A stretch of DNA of 64,000 nt from an uncultured Phycisphaerales bacterium (GTDB lineage: Bacteria; Planctomycetota; Phycisphaerae; Tepidisphaerales; Tepidisphaeraceae): NCBI GenBank assembly GCA_963792535.1, contig CAWBWQ010000001.1, positions 64,001 through 128,000 on the forward strand, given 5' to 3'. A program made the translations under genes and the position numbers. The notes beneath the pieces were generated by a model. That model had not been told where the DNA came from. It searched no databases and was given only the letters and a program-made list of their open reading frames with translations. This document shows, piece after piece, positions 43,055 to 53,739 of this stretch. The stretch's first letter is position 1; each line of letters begins with the position of its first letter.

Positions 43055-43762
43055 ATGACCGCTGCACTTTTTATTGGTTTTCTAGCCCTGATGGCAACAG
43101 TCGTGGTGGCACTTGTCCATCGCTATCTAAGTCCCCGCGTCGCGTTCGGCGTGGCGACCGGCTTAGTCATGTGGTTCATCTATGCCGGGCTGCTGGGATA
43201 TTTTGGTGTACTCAAAAACACCACGATGCGACCTCCGGGAATCGTCTTCGTCCTCGTACCGGTAATCGCATTCCTCATCGTTTTCATCGTGTTCGTCGTG
43301 CGATACTCCGCCGGCACGCGAGCTGCCTTGGTTTTCCCGGTCTGGATTATTCTCAGCACGCAGTGCTTTCGCGTCGGTGTCGAACTGTTCCTGCATCAGC
43401 TCTGGATCGACGGGCTCGTTCCCAAAATGCTGACATTCGCCGGCGCGAACATTGATATCTACATCGGCGCTTCCGCGCCTCTGATCGCTTGGCTTTCCAC
43501 GCGCGGGCAATCGGGTCTGCGGCTCGCGCTCGTCTGGAACCTGGTGGGCCTTCTCGCACTGGCGAATGTCGTGAGCCGCGCCGTGCTGACGGCCCCCGGT
43601 CTACTTAATTTAATCCACGTCGAAGTTCCCAACATGATGTTTGGCACCTTTCCATACATGTTTATCGCCGGTTTTTTCGTACCGTTGGCGGTGGTGCTTC
43701 ATGTGATTGCAATACGGGCCATCGCTGTTCGAAGCTTCGCAGGCCCCGAAGGAAACTTGTGA
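43055..43762 (+). CDS. multi-pass membrane protein
   Basis: About 7 TMs; QCFRVGVE, GANIDI, WNLVGLL, FFVPLAVVLH. Confidence 0.75.
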   Translation: MTAALFIGFLALMATVVVALVHRYLSPRVAFGVATGLVMWFIYAGLLGYFGVLKNTTMRPPGIVFVLVPVIAFLIVFIVFVVRYSAGTRAALVFPVWIILSTQCFRVGVELFLHQLWIDGLVPKMLTFAGANIDIYIGASAPLIAWLSTRGQSGLRLALVWNLVGLLALANVVSRAVLTAPGLLNLIHVEVPNMMFGTFPYMFIAGFFVPLAVVLHVIAIRAIAVRSFAGPEGNL

Positions 43763-43821
43763 TCCTAGAGTGTGAACTGATCCTGGCGGTGCCTTGATGT
43801 CCTATTTCTTGTGGAGTTACA

Positions 43822-44328
43822 TTGAACGAATTTATTCTTTTTGGGGTGAGCGTCGCTCTCGGCTCTGTGGCGTGGGGATACGTCTGTATGAGATATGTTT
43901 GGCCGTGGGTTAGACAGGTCGGTTTGGAACCAGCTGCTCGGGCGATCCTTTCTTTACATCTCTTCCGGTTTATGGGCGCGTCCTTCCTCTTGCCTGGTGT
44001 TGCCGGCCAGACATTGCCGAAGGTCTTTTCGAATCCGGCCGCATACGGTGACTTGTTGGCCGTTGTTCTTGCTTGGTCGGCGCTTTTATTATTACGCCGC
44101 CCGGGTGGCATTCTGATTCTTTGGGTCTTCAATGTTTGGGGCGCGGTGGATCTGCTGTACGCATTTTATCAGGGAGTCTTCGGCCCGGACTTTCATCCGT
44201 CCGCCCTCGGCGCGACTTTCTATATTCCGACCGTTTATGTACCTCTCCTGTTATGCACCCACGTAATGCTTTTCGTCTTATTGCTTCGATCAAAGACTGC
44301 CCACGATGAACTGCCTGCCAATGCGTAG
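43822..44328 (+). CDS. multi-pass membrane protein
   Basis: TTG start after GGAG; HLFRFMG, AYGD, FNVWGAVD, YVPLLLCTH. Confidence 0.75.
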   Translation: MNEFILFGVSVALGSVAWGYVCMRYVWPWVRQVGLEPAARAILSLHLFRFMGASFLLPGVAGQTLPKVFSNPAAYGDLLAVVLAWSALLLLRRPGGILILWVFNVWGAVDLLYAFYQGVFGPDFHPSALGATFYIPTVYVPLLLCTHVMLFVLLLRSKTAHDELPANA

Positions 44329-44634
44329 CCCTCACCGCAAAAAAAGAAAAACTGGTGCGCAGACTGGCACTTACCGATCCCGTCAATCTTGCGAGCCGAT
44401 ATTAAAGGGGAGTGCCAAAACCGCGTGACCGAAACCAGATGGCAAGGGATTTTCACGGCTAGGCACGTCGAACGGGCGATCGAATTGAATTCAAATCCTG
44501 TCGGTTGGTCGTTAAAGGTGCCGAAATTCCTTAGAAGGATCGCGGAACCTCTGAGGATCTTAATCGTGATCAACTATAATCTAAAAAGCGTTTGTGCCCG
44601 TCCCTGATTGTTTACTCACGGCGTCCAGCAAAAA

Positions 44635-44708
44635 TCGGGGTGACAAGATTTGAACTTGCGGCCTCTTGGTCCCGAACCAAGCGCTCTACCAAGCTGAGCT
44701 ACACCCCG
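44635..44708 (-). tRNA. tRNA-Pro(CGG)
   Basis: cggggtgtagctcagcttggtagagcgcttggttCGGgaccaagaggccgcaagttcaaatcttgtcaccccga folds as a cloverleaf; CCA not encoded. Confidence 0.97.
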
Positions 44709-44738
44709 GGGTACGTTTTTTGCTTTTACCGGTCGGAA

Positions 44739-44766
44739 AGCTTAACTGCATCACGCTGAAAGGCAA
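44739..44766 (-). promoter_or_regulatory. putative sigma70 promoter of tRNA-Pro
   Basis: TTGCCT-N16-TAAGCT on the minus strand, about 30 nt upstream of the tRNA. Confidence 0.4.
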
Positions 44767-44848
44767 GTTTTGTTGACCGCCTCTGTCGCACTTCATTGCA
44801 TCGTTCTGAATGGCCGGGCGCAGCCTCTTGTAGACGATTTTGGCAGTT

Positions 44849-45563
44849 TTATCCGCGGGACGTGGAGAGATAAGAGTTCCAATTTACCGATTCGATAGCG
44901 GGTAATGTTTGCAATATGGCAGCTTCAGGCACACGGCAGATGACCGGCACCGCGCCCCATTTTTCGATGGCGGCGGGATTGGTCTGCTCGGCAACGTCGT
45001 TCGACGCTTCCGAAAAACGGTTTATTACCACCCCGGCCACCGCTGCGCCGGTGGAGCGCACGCGCGTTTACCGTCAGCAAGGTGTGGTTGATCGTTCCCA
45101 ACCCCGCACGGGCGACCACCACGCAGGGCAATCCTGCCCATCGCGCCACATCCAGCACCATGTGGCGATCGTCCATCGGCACCATCGTTCCACCGACGCC
45201 TTCTACGATCAACACGTCGCTGCGCGATGCCAGCGTGTCGAGCGATGCTTGTAAAAGCGACCAATCCATGGCTTGCCCGGCGCGATCCGCTGCCACCGCC
45301 GGCGCAAGAGGCTCGGTGTACCGGATCGGACAGATTACATTTAATGGGAACCTCGCGCCTGATGCGGCGGACAGTACTTCCGCATCCTCGGAAACGAGTT
45401 CGCCGTCGCGAACTATGCAGCCTGTTGCGGCAATCTTGCAAACCCCAACGCGCCGACCACGGCGAAAAAACCAATTTGCGATCGCCGCTGCGATAATCGT
45501 TTTGCCGACGCCGGTATCAGTGGCGGTAATAAACAACCCGGGGATTTTGACGCTTTGAATCAT
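44849..45563 (-). CDS. bioD: dethiobiotin synthase (apparent frameshift ~45062)
   Basis: FITATDTGVGKT, EPLAP, VEGVGG, LGTINHTLL, GVVIN. Confidence 0.92.
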
Positions 45564-45599
45564 GGATTAAGGTCGTGTGGAATGAGATTCATGCACCGT

Positions 45600-46949
45600 T
45601 CATGTCAGGGCATTCAGTTCGAGCGTTAGCGCGCGAACGATTGTAGCGAGATCTGTCTCAGGCATCGCCAGCGGTGGCATCAGGACAATGACGTCGCCCA
45701 GCGGGCGCAGGATTACGCCGCGGGCCCGCAGGCGTTTGCAAACCTCCGCGCCTATACGCAAGCGGGGATCGAAAGGCTTCCTGGATGCCTTGTCGGAGAC
45801 CAGTTCGATACCGACCATGAATCCCCGTTGGCGAATCTCGCCGACGATTGCGAGTTTCTTCAAGGGCGCGAGCAAATCGTTCAGCGCAGCTGCTTTTTCA
45901 GCAACATTCGCGACGAGATCATTCTTTTCGAACAGATCCAGCGACGCCAGCGCCGCCGCGCATGCCAGGGCGTTACCGGTATAGGTGTGACCGTGGTAGA
46001 AAGTTTTGGATTCCCAGGGATCGCCGAGGAATGCATCGTAGATTTGCTGTGTCGCGAACGTCGCAGCCAGCGGCAGATAACCGCCGGTGATCCCCTTGGC
46101 GACGCACAGTAAATCCGGCTCGACGGCTTCATGTTCGCACGCGAACATTTTCCCAGTGCGACCAAACCCGACGGCGACCTCGTCGGCAATCAGCAGAACA
46201 TCATGCCGGCTGCACAGCGCCCTGACACCGCTGAGAAACCCGGGCGGTTGAATAATCATCCCGCCCGCCCCCTGCACGATCGGTTCGATACAGACAGCTG
46301 CTATGCGTCGCCCGTGGTGGGTTAAAATCGCCTCAAGGGCAGCCAGACAATCATCGCGAACCTGGTCCGGTCGATCAGGTGTTTTGCTGCGGTATACGAA
46401 CGGTGTTGGCGCGAAATGGGTTTTAAAGAGCAGGGGAAAATAAGGCTTATGAAACGTCTCGGTTCGACCGACCGACATCGCGCCGAAGGTGTCGCCGTGG
46501 TATGCTTCGGCAAACCCTACGAATTCGCATTTCTCACCGCGTCCGATGTTGTGCCAGTATTGCGCAGCCAGTTTGAACGCAATCTCCGTAGACGTCGCGC
46601 CGCTGTCACTGAAGAAAACTTTCTGAAGATTGCGCGGCACGATTTTCATCAGCCGATCCGCCAGCAGAATGGAAGGTTCACTGCTGAGGCCGAGGAGGGT
46701 GGTATGGGCGACCTTTTCCAATTGAGCGCGGACAGCCTCATCGATTTCCGGTACGCGATGGCCGTGGACGTTGCACCAGAGGCTGCTCACACCGTCGAGA
46801 TATCGGTTACCGTCGCTGTCAATCAGATACATTCCATCGGCGGCTGCAATCACCATCGGATCTTCCGCGTTCCACAACTGGTGGTGCGTAAAGGGATGCC
46901 AGATGTGCTGCTTATCGAGTTTTTGTAACTGTGTGGTTTTGAGGGACAT
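45600..46949 (-). CDS. bioA: adenosylmethionine-8-amino-7-oxononanoate aminotransferase
   Basis: IWHPFT, DGVSSLWCNVHGH, YHGDT, IADEVAVGFGRTG, AKGITGGYLP, RPLGD; adjacent to bioD. Confidence 0.95.
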   Translation of the reverse strand: MSLKTTQLQKLDKQHIWHPFTHHQLWNAEDPMVIAAADGMYLIDSDGNRYLDGVSSLWCNVHGHRVPEIDEAVRAQLEKVAHTTLLGLSSEPSILLADRLMKIVPRNLQKVFFSDSGATSTEIAFKLAAQYWHNIGRGEKCEFVGFAEAYHGDTFGAMSVGRTETFHKPYFPLLFKTHFAPTPFVYRSKTPDRPDQVRDDCLAALEAILTHHGRRIAAVCIEPIVQGAGGMIIQPPGFLSGVRALCSRHDVLLIADEVAVGFGRTGKMFACEHEAVEPDLLCVAKGITGGYLPLAATFATQQIYDAFLGDPWESKTFYHGHTYTGNALACAAALASLDLFEKNDLVANVAEKAAALNDLLAPLKKLAIVGEIRQRGFMVGIELVSDKASRKPFDPRLRIGAEVCKRLRARGVILRPLGDVIVLMPPLAMPETDLATIVRALTLELNALT

Positions 46950-47189
46950 TTCTTGAATTTCGGTTCATTCGTGTTGCAATACGGCGCGTGGAGTATGCGA
47001 CAGAACGGGTTTGTATCAAGTCCTGTTCGGCCGGTCGCGAAAAGCGAATGCGCAGAACCGAACTGACAAGCCGAACGTAAAAACCGAACGACCGGTATTA
47101 ACGTCCAGCGAAATGATCGGTTCGGTTGGTAAAAACTGAAAGCAGGGTGCGGACGAAATCAGATGAACGGTGGCTATAATGGGCAACGC

Positions 47190-47840
47190 ATGAACGACTT
47201 GAAAGAAGCAACGCGGCAGGAAACGATGATTCAGCAGCAGGTGATTGAGCGCGGGATCCGCGACGAGCGCGTGCTGAATGCCATGCGATCTGTGCAACGC
47301 GATCTTTTTTTTCCGTCCGGTTCAAAAGATGAGGCTTTTGCGGACCGGGCTGCTCCGATTGGCTACGAACAGACTATCAGCCAGCCTTACATGGTGGCGC
47401 TGATGACCCAGCGGCTGAACGTGGGAGACACGCACAAAGTGCTCGAAATCGGCACGGGAAGTGGATACCAGACGGCGATTCTTTCCAAGCTGGCCGCTGA
47501 GGTATTCACAATCGAACGGGTCAAACCGTTGCTGGATATCGCCTGGGAAAAATTGATGGGGATGAATATCCGCAACGTTCATTACCGCCACGGTGACGGC
47601 ACGCTGGGCTGGCCCGGCGCGGGTTTGTTTGATCGCATCCTGATCACTGCAGGCGCTCCAAAGATCCCCGAGCGGCTGCTGATGGAACAGCTTCATGACG
47701 GGGGGACTGCTATCCTTCCAGTGGGGCCACAGGAAGAGCAGATGCTGATCGAAGTGCGCCGGCGTGGCGAGCGACTGGAATCGAAAAATATCTGCCAGTG
47801 CCGATTCGTCAAATTGATCGGCCTTGAGGGATGGCAGTAG
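47190..47840 (+). CDS. pcm: protein-L-isoaspartate O-methyltransferase
   Basis: QTISQPYMVA, VLEIGTGSGYQTA, GDGTLGW, FDRILITA, RFVKLIG. Confidence 0.95.
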   Translation: MNDLKEATRQETMIQQQVIERGIRDERVLNAMRSVQRDLFFPSGSKDEAFADRAAPIGYEQTISQPYMVALMTQRLNVGDTHKVLEIGTGSGYQTAILSKLAAEVFTIERVKPLLDIAWEKLMGMNIRNVHYRHGDGTLGWPGAGLFDRILITAGAPKIPERLLMEQLHDGGTAILPVGPQEEQMLIEVRRRGERLESKNICQCRFVKLIGLEGWQ

Positions 47841-47913
47841 GAGTGGCGCGCGGCTTTTGCAAGCGACAGTGTCAGATCATCATTCCGCAGGTTTTTCCGA
47901 TATAACGACACGC

Positions 47914-49976
47914 GTGGATGAGCAGTATCTTCAACGCGCCATCGAAACCCTCAACGGGGTCGGGCCTGCCCGTTCCAAAGAGTTTCGGCGGTTGGGTGTC
48001 TCCACGCTGGGGGATCTTCTCGAATACTTTCCGCGCGACTACCAATATGAAGCGGAGGAACGGCTCATCAACCAGTTGGCTACCGGGGATTTGCAAACCA
48101 CGCGCGGGGAAGTGGTGGCGGTGGATTACGTCACCGGGCGCGTGGCCCGCTTTGAGGCCACGCTGGACGATGGCACGGGAAAGCTCGCGCTGACATGGTT
48201 CAACGGCGCGTTTCTGCGCCGGCAAATTCACCCGGGTGATTTTCTGCTGGTGCAGGGGGTGGTGAAAATATTTCGCAATCTTCCGCAGATGGCGCAGGCG
48301 AAATGGTGGAAAATTCAGGGAGATGAGGAGCCCGTCGCAGGCTCGGGCTTTCGTGCGATCTATCCTGCTTCGGGGAAGCTCAACAGCCAGTTCATTGCCG
48401 AAACTATCGGTTCAAATCTCGATGCGGCGCTGGATCATGTGCGGGAATGGTTTGATCCGAAGTTGCTTTCGCTCCGCAATCTGGTGGGTCGTCGCGATGC
48501 ATATGCGGCGATTCACCGGCCGCGCACACTGGCCGATGCACAGAGGGCCAGGCGGCGGTTGGTATACGACGAACTCATGCTGATGCAGCTGGGACTGGGC
48601 ATCGGCAAGCGTTTGCGCGAAGGCCGGCTTACGGCACCGATCATGCGGATTGATAAGACACTGGACGGTCGCATTCGCAAGCGATTTCCATTTTCCCTGA
48701 CGAACGCACAACAGAACTGCATCTGGCAGATTGTGCGCGACCTGCAAAGCGGTCGACCGATGAATCGCCTGTTGCAGGGTGACGTGGGAAGCGGCAAGAC
48801 GGTTGTCGCGGTATATGCCATGCTGGTGGGGGTGGCCAACCGGCTGCAGTCGGCGATGCTTGCCCCGACTGAGGTGCTGGCAGAGCAGCACTATGTGACG
48901 CTGACAAATCTACTCAAAGACTCAGGCGTGAAGGTGCAGCTTTTCACGGGCCGGACCCGCCGGCAATCGCGGGAAAGATTATACAGGGGCTTGCCAGCGG
49001 AGAAGTTCACATTGCAGTTGGCACGCAGGCGCTTATTCAAAAAGATATCGAGTTTGGCAATCTCGGGCTGGTGGTCGTTGACGAACAGCACAAGCTGGGT
49101 GTGCAGCAGAGAGCTGTTTTGAAAGGCAAGGGTCTTGCGCCGCATTATCTGGTGATGACCGCCACCCCGATTCCTCGAACGTTGGCATTGTCGTATTTTG
49201 CCGATTTTGAAGTGAGTTCGATCGATGAATTACCGCCCGGTCGTCAGCCGATACAGACCCGGCGCTTGCGATCGAACCAGGCCGCCTGGGCTTATGAGTT
49301 TATCCGCGGAGAAATTAAAGCCGGTCGTCAGGCGTATGTCGTTTTGCCGAAGATCGACGATGACGGCACGGACGAATCGAAATCCGTTTTGCGCGAGTTT
49401 GAAGTTCTATCGCAGGGCCCGCTTTTGGGGCTTCGACTGGCGGTATTGCACGGGCAGATGAGCACCGAGGAAAAACAGGCGGTGATGCTCGCGTTTCGCG
49501 GAGGGGAAACCGATGTGCTGATCGCCACGACGGTGATTGAAGTTGGGATCGACGTGCCCAATGCAACTGTGATGCTGATCGGTGATGCCGAGCGGTTTGG
49601 GCTTTCGCAGCTGCATCAATTGCGGGGGCGCGTGGGTCGCGGCAGCGAAGTTTCTCATTGCCTGCTGCTGTCCGATGCTACTAGCGAAGCTGCGGAGGCC
49701 CGGTTGAACACCATGGTGGAAACCCTCGACGGGTTTGAGATTGCCGAGATGGACCTGCAACTTCGAGGTCCGGGCGAGTTTTTCGGCACGCGACAGCATG
49801 GTTTGCCCGAATTTAAATTAACTGATCTCAGTAACGAAATGGAACTGCTGCAACAGGCAAAGAATGACGCGCTGAACATTCTCCACGAGGACCCGCAGTT
49901 GAAATCACATCCGCAACTGCGAGATGCTTTGAAGGCGCAAATCGGGGATGCTTTCGGGTTGGCGCAGATCGGGTGA
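47914..49976 (+). CDS. recG: ATP-dependent DNA helicase RecG (apparent frameshift ~48985)
   Basis: MNRLLQGDVGSGKT, APTEVLAEQH, DEQH, MTATPIPRT, QLHQLRGRVGRG, GTRQHG. Confidence 0.95.
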
Positions 49977-50043
49977 GGACGTTGAACGTTTTACGTATCT
50001 CGCCGACAATCCGGTTACCGATCGATCGCCCTGAAAACCTGAT

Positions 50044-51351
50044 ATGACCATCGATGAGCTCACTCCGTCTGCCACCGCGCCAGGTCGCTCCGCGGCTGGG
50101 CTGCGCGGTGGTTCACCGGTTCTGCTGATATACGGGGGGCGAATTTTTCTTCTGGGGTGTTGGTTTCTGGCGACCCGGTTGTTGGCAGTTACGCTGGGCC
50201 CGGGAGGATTCGGCCTGTATTTCCTTTGCCAGAGCGCGATACGCGTTGTCAGCGGGTGCATCGGAGACCCGCTGGACATGGCTGTCATGCGTGAGGCACC
50301 ACTGCTGTTGCGCTCGAACCGGTCAGCAGCGCTGGATCTGATTCGATCGGCTTTCTGGCTGCGCGTCTGTATCGCCGCGGCGGTGCTCGTGATGGCGGTA
50401 TTGCTACCAGGGCTGGCAGCCCGGGCTTATTTTTGCTTCGCCTTTACTTCGCGGGTTGGCGGTGTTGACGATGGCGGGGGTTCTGGGTGATTTTCTGCTG
50501 CGGTCGGCTCTGGGATTTTTTCAGGTCAGTGAGCAATTCGATCGTTTTCTGATTGTCGATGCGGTGTGGCAACTCGGCCGCGTGGTGGTCGTGGTGGCAC
50601 TGGTTATGTTGCATCGGCTGACAGCGCCGGCGGGGATCGCTGTGTATGTGATTGCGCCGTACGTGGCGTTTGCAGTCGCGTTCTGGTTGTTGCCGACAGA
50701 TGTGCGTCGAATCGCTCCGCCGCGCGATGGACCGGTCGCGGGGATACTTCGATACTCCGGCTGGATCGTCGCAGGCCTGACGATGGCGGCGGCAAGCGAC
50801 CGGCTGGATGTATTTGTTCTGGAACATTTTCGCGGCAAGTTCGAGGTAGGCATTTACGCGGGAGCGGTTTTTCTGGCCTCGATACCTGATTTTCTCGATG
50901 GCATTGTTCAGACCGTGCTCGCCCCTCGAATCGCGCCGGCTTATGCCGATGGAACATTCAATCAGCTTCACCTTCGCTATCTGCGGTATGCTGTTCCGGC
51001 GGGGATTTTTGCGGGAGTCCTTGCCATCTCATTGAGCGACTGGGGCATCCGGCATTTTTTCGGCGCGTCTTATTCCGGGTGCATACCGGCCTTCCGAATT
51101 CTGATCCTTGGGACTTTATTTAACCTGGTATTTACCCCGTTGCCGGCGGCCCTGGTCAATTTTACTGCGCCCGGCGCGGGGTGATTTTTACAGGAACTGG
51201 ATTGGCCTGCGTGCTTGGTGGTTCACTTCTCATGATCCCGCCTTACGGGGCGGTAGGCGCGGCAATGGTGATGCTGCTGGCAAGAATGGTGGTGGGAGGG
51301 CTTACGATTTTCGAATCGGTTCGCCTCAATCGGCGACCTGCGGTTTTATAA
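50044..51351 (+). CDS. Wzx/MATE-like polysaccharide flippase (apparent frameshifts ~50432, ~51175)
   Basis: LGPGGFGLY, DRLDVFVL...EVGIYA, IPPYGAVGAA; many TMs across ORFs 50044..50490 and 50456..51184 and a tail to the stop at 51351. Confidence 0.8.
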
Positions 51352-51887
51352 TTTGGTGGCGGCATCGCCGGTGCCGGGGGGGCGCGGTTTGCGGCCCTGT
51401 TGAAGGGGGAAGCTCTGGAGATATGCAATCCACATCATCGATAGACCAAAGCTGTAAGCGCCCTGTATGACCAGATCCATGTAATGCTGCGTGGGGGGGA
51501 TGTGATACCGTTCGACGCTGATTCCCTGGTAAGTGATGGCCGAGACCGAATCGGATTTGCCGAGGTTGGAAACCTTCACTTCAATCCGCTTGTAGGTGCC
51601 GATCTCTTTGTTGTTGCTGTCCAGTTTTCGATTGACCTTCGCGTCTAGCACATGCAGTTCATTTTCGCTGAGATCGAACAACGCGCCCATGACATATTTG
51701 CCAGGATCGTAGACGATGTCACCGATTCCCCCGGCCCAGTATTCGCTGAAGATGGGGAATGAAAGGCGATAGTTATCAAGCACGGCGGGTTTTCCCGGCC
51801 GCATTGCCGGGCGCGGTATCCGTAATGCCGGCACCATTCGGCAACAGCCCGGGAGTTGAGATTAGATCCGTACGCGAAATACCACAT
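51346..51887 (-). CDS. gamma-glutamylcyclotransferase family protein (apparent frameshift ~51812)
   Basis: MWYFAYGSNL; YRLSF; VMGALF; PTQHYMDLVIQGA. Confidence 0.82.
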
Positions 51888-52036
51888 GCCGCTCGTTCCC
51901 TCGCCACCAGCGGCATTCTTGCGAAATTCGGCCAAAACGCAAAGACTTCCAGGCGATCTTTTCGCTTGAGCGAAATTGAGCGCGTATGTACCGTCTGTCA
52001 GCGGTTTTGCAGTGGTCCACTCTTGCCAGGGGTTGT

Positions 52037-53669
52037 ATGCATCGTCAGCATCGTCGGTTGAACTCGTTGTTGAGGTGGATCAGTGCATTACTGCTGGCGA
52101 TGGTCGCGCCGGTGCGGGGGGTGGATCACCCTGTATCGGTGGAAGACTCAGCGGCCATCGACGCGCTTGTCAATCAACTGGGGGCGGACGATCCGCTTGA
52201 GCGCGACAACGCAGCCGTCTCGCTCGAAGATCGACCCGACGAAGATTTGCCTCTTCTCCAGACTGCTTCCAGGCGGGAAGACCTGACTGCTGAGATCAAA
52301 CTGCGGCTGCGTCGCCTGCTGCGCCGCATTGAACCCCGGGTGAAGGCGCATCAGCGGGCAAACGATCGGTTTGACACTATCGGTGCCTGGGCGGCAAAGA
52401 TGGCGATGGAATGGTATGAGAAAGACGGCCACACCAATCCCGCGTGGGATGATTCGGTGCGCAAGGCGCTTTCAATTTCCGCTGCCCGCGCCCACCGTCT
52501 AAGCGCGGCGGAGTTGGCAAAGACTCTGGCGGAAGAGAAAGATGCAATTGCCACCGCAATGACCGCTGGTTGCGACGACCCGGGTTTTCTCGTCGTGGCC
52601 GGGCTGTGCCTGGACGACTCCGGACTGCCCGCCGATCAGGTGTTTGCGTATTTTCACAAGGCATTAATCAGTTGTGCCGACGGCAAGGTGAGCCCGTACA
52701 CAAAGACAATTATCGACGGTCGTATTCTGCGTGGAAGCATGACGGGGCTCTATAAGGAGAACAACCCAAAGAACACCGCCCGCTGCGACGCTTTACTGAA
52801 CGACATGATTCAAAGCTGCCAACTCGTAATGACCATGCCGGGCATTCCAAACGCCGCCCGGGTTGAGACGGTTGAAAATGTCATCAACACCGGCGCACAA
52901 GCCCGGAGCGGCGCAAAATCAGATTTTTTACGCGGTTTATCCAGGCTTGGAAGCGACCGATCCGAAAGATTCGGATGTGCTGCTCATTAAGGGGAATTTT
53001 TATATCAATTACGCGTGGGAAGCCCGCGGCGGTGGTTGGGCGAACACGGTAACCCCGCAGGGGTGGAGAGATTTTGCGGCCAGACTTGCCACCGCTGAGG
53101 AGGCGCTGACCCGCGCGTGGGAACTTGATCCGACCAATGCCGGACCGCCAACGAAAATGCTGACGGTGGCACTGGGTGAAGATAAAGATCGCGATGAAAT
53201 GGAAAAATGGTTTCAGCGCGCGATGGATGCAAACCCCGACAACTACGACGCGTGCACATCCAAGCTGTATTATCTCGAACCCAAATGGCACGGCAGTCCA
53301 GAAGCGATGCTGGAGTTCGGGCACCAGTGCTTCGACAGCCAAAACTGGCACGGCGATGTCGCATTTGTCCTGCTGGATGCTCACATCGCGCTGTCAAAAT
53401 ACCAGCCCGACCCCAAATTGTATTATCGCAATGAAATTGTCTGGTCGGATTTTTGCACCGTATACACGGCGTACCTGAATGCCTACCCGACCGACGACCA
53501 GATCCGCAGCAAATTCGCCTATTACGCCTGTCTGTGCGGCCATTGGACCGAGGCAAACGACCTGTTCAAAAAGCTAGGCGGGAATGCCGATCCGGATGTA
53601 TTTGGTAATGCTGCAACTCTGAATGATTTCAAACAGCGCGCGGCTGGTCTTGCGACGACAAAACCGTGA
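52037..53669 (+). CDS. secreted helical-repeat protein with DUF4034-like C-terminal region (apparent frameshift ~52910)
   Basis: Signal peptide; LVNQLGADDPLERDNA; YAWEARGGGWA; LEPKWHGSPEAM. Confidence 0.7.
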
Positions 53670-53699
53670 GGTGTTAGGTCACAAAGCCCCTAAACACCT
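53669..53699. terminator. imperfect hairpin between convergent genes
   Basis: aggtgttagg...cctaaacacct; no clear U-tract. Confidence 0.35.
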
Positions 53700-53739
53700 G
53701 CCAGCTGTTCAACTTCGCGTAAACGTCAACGCATGTTTT

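Noticed and set aside
44389..44607. Integrase remnant next to the tRNA
   Set aside because: No tyrosine or serine recombinase motifs are recognisable; only the att-related DNA motifs are supportable.
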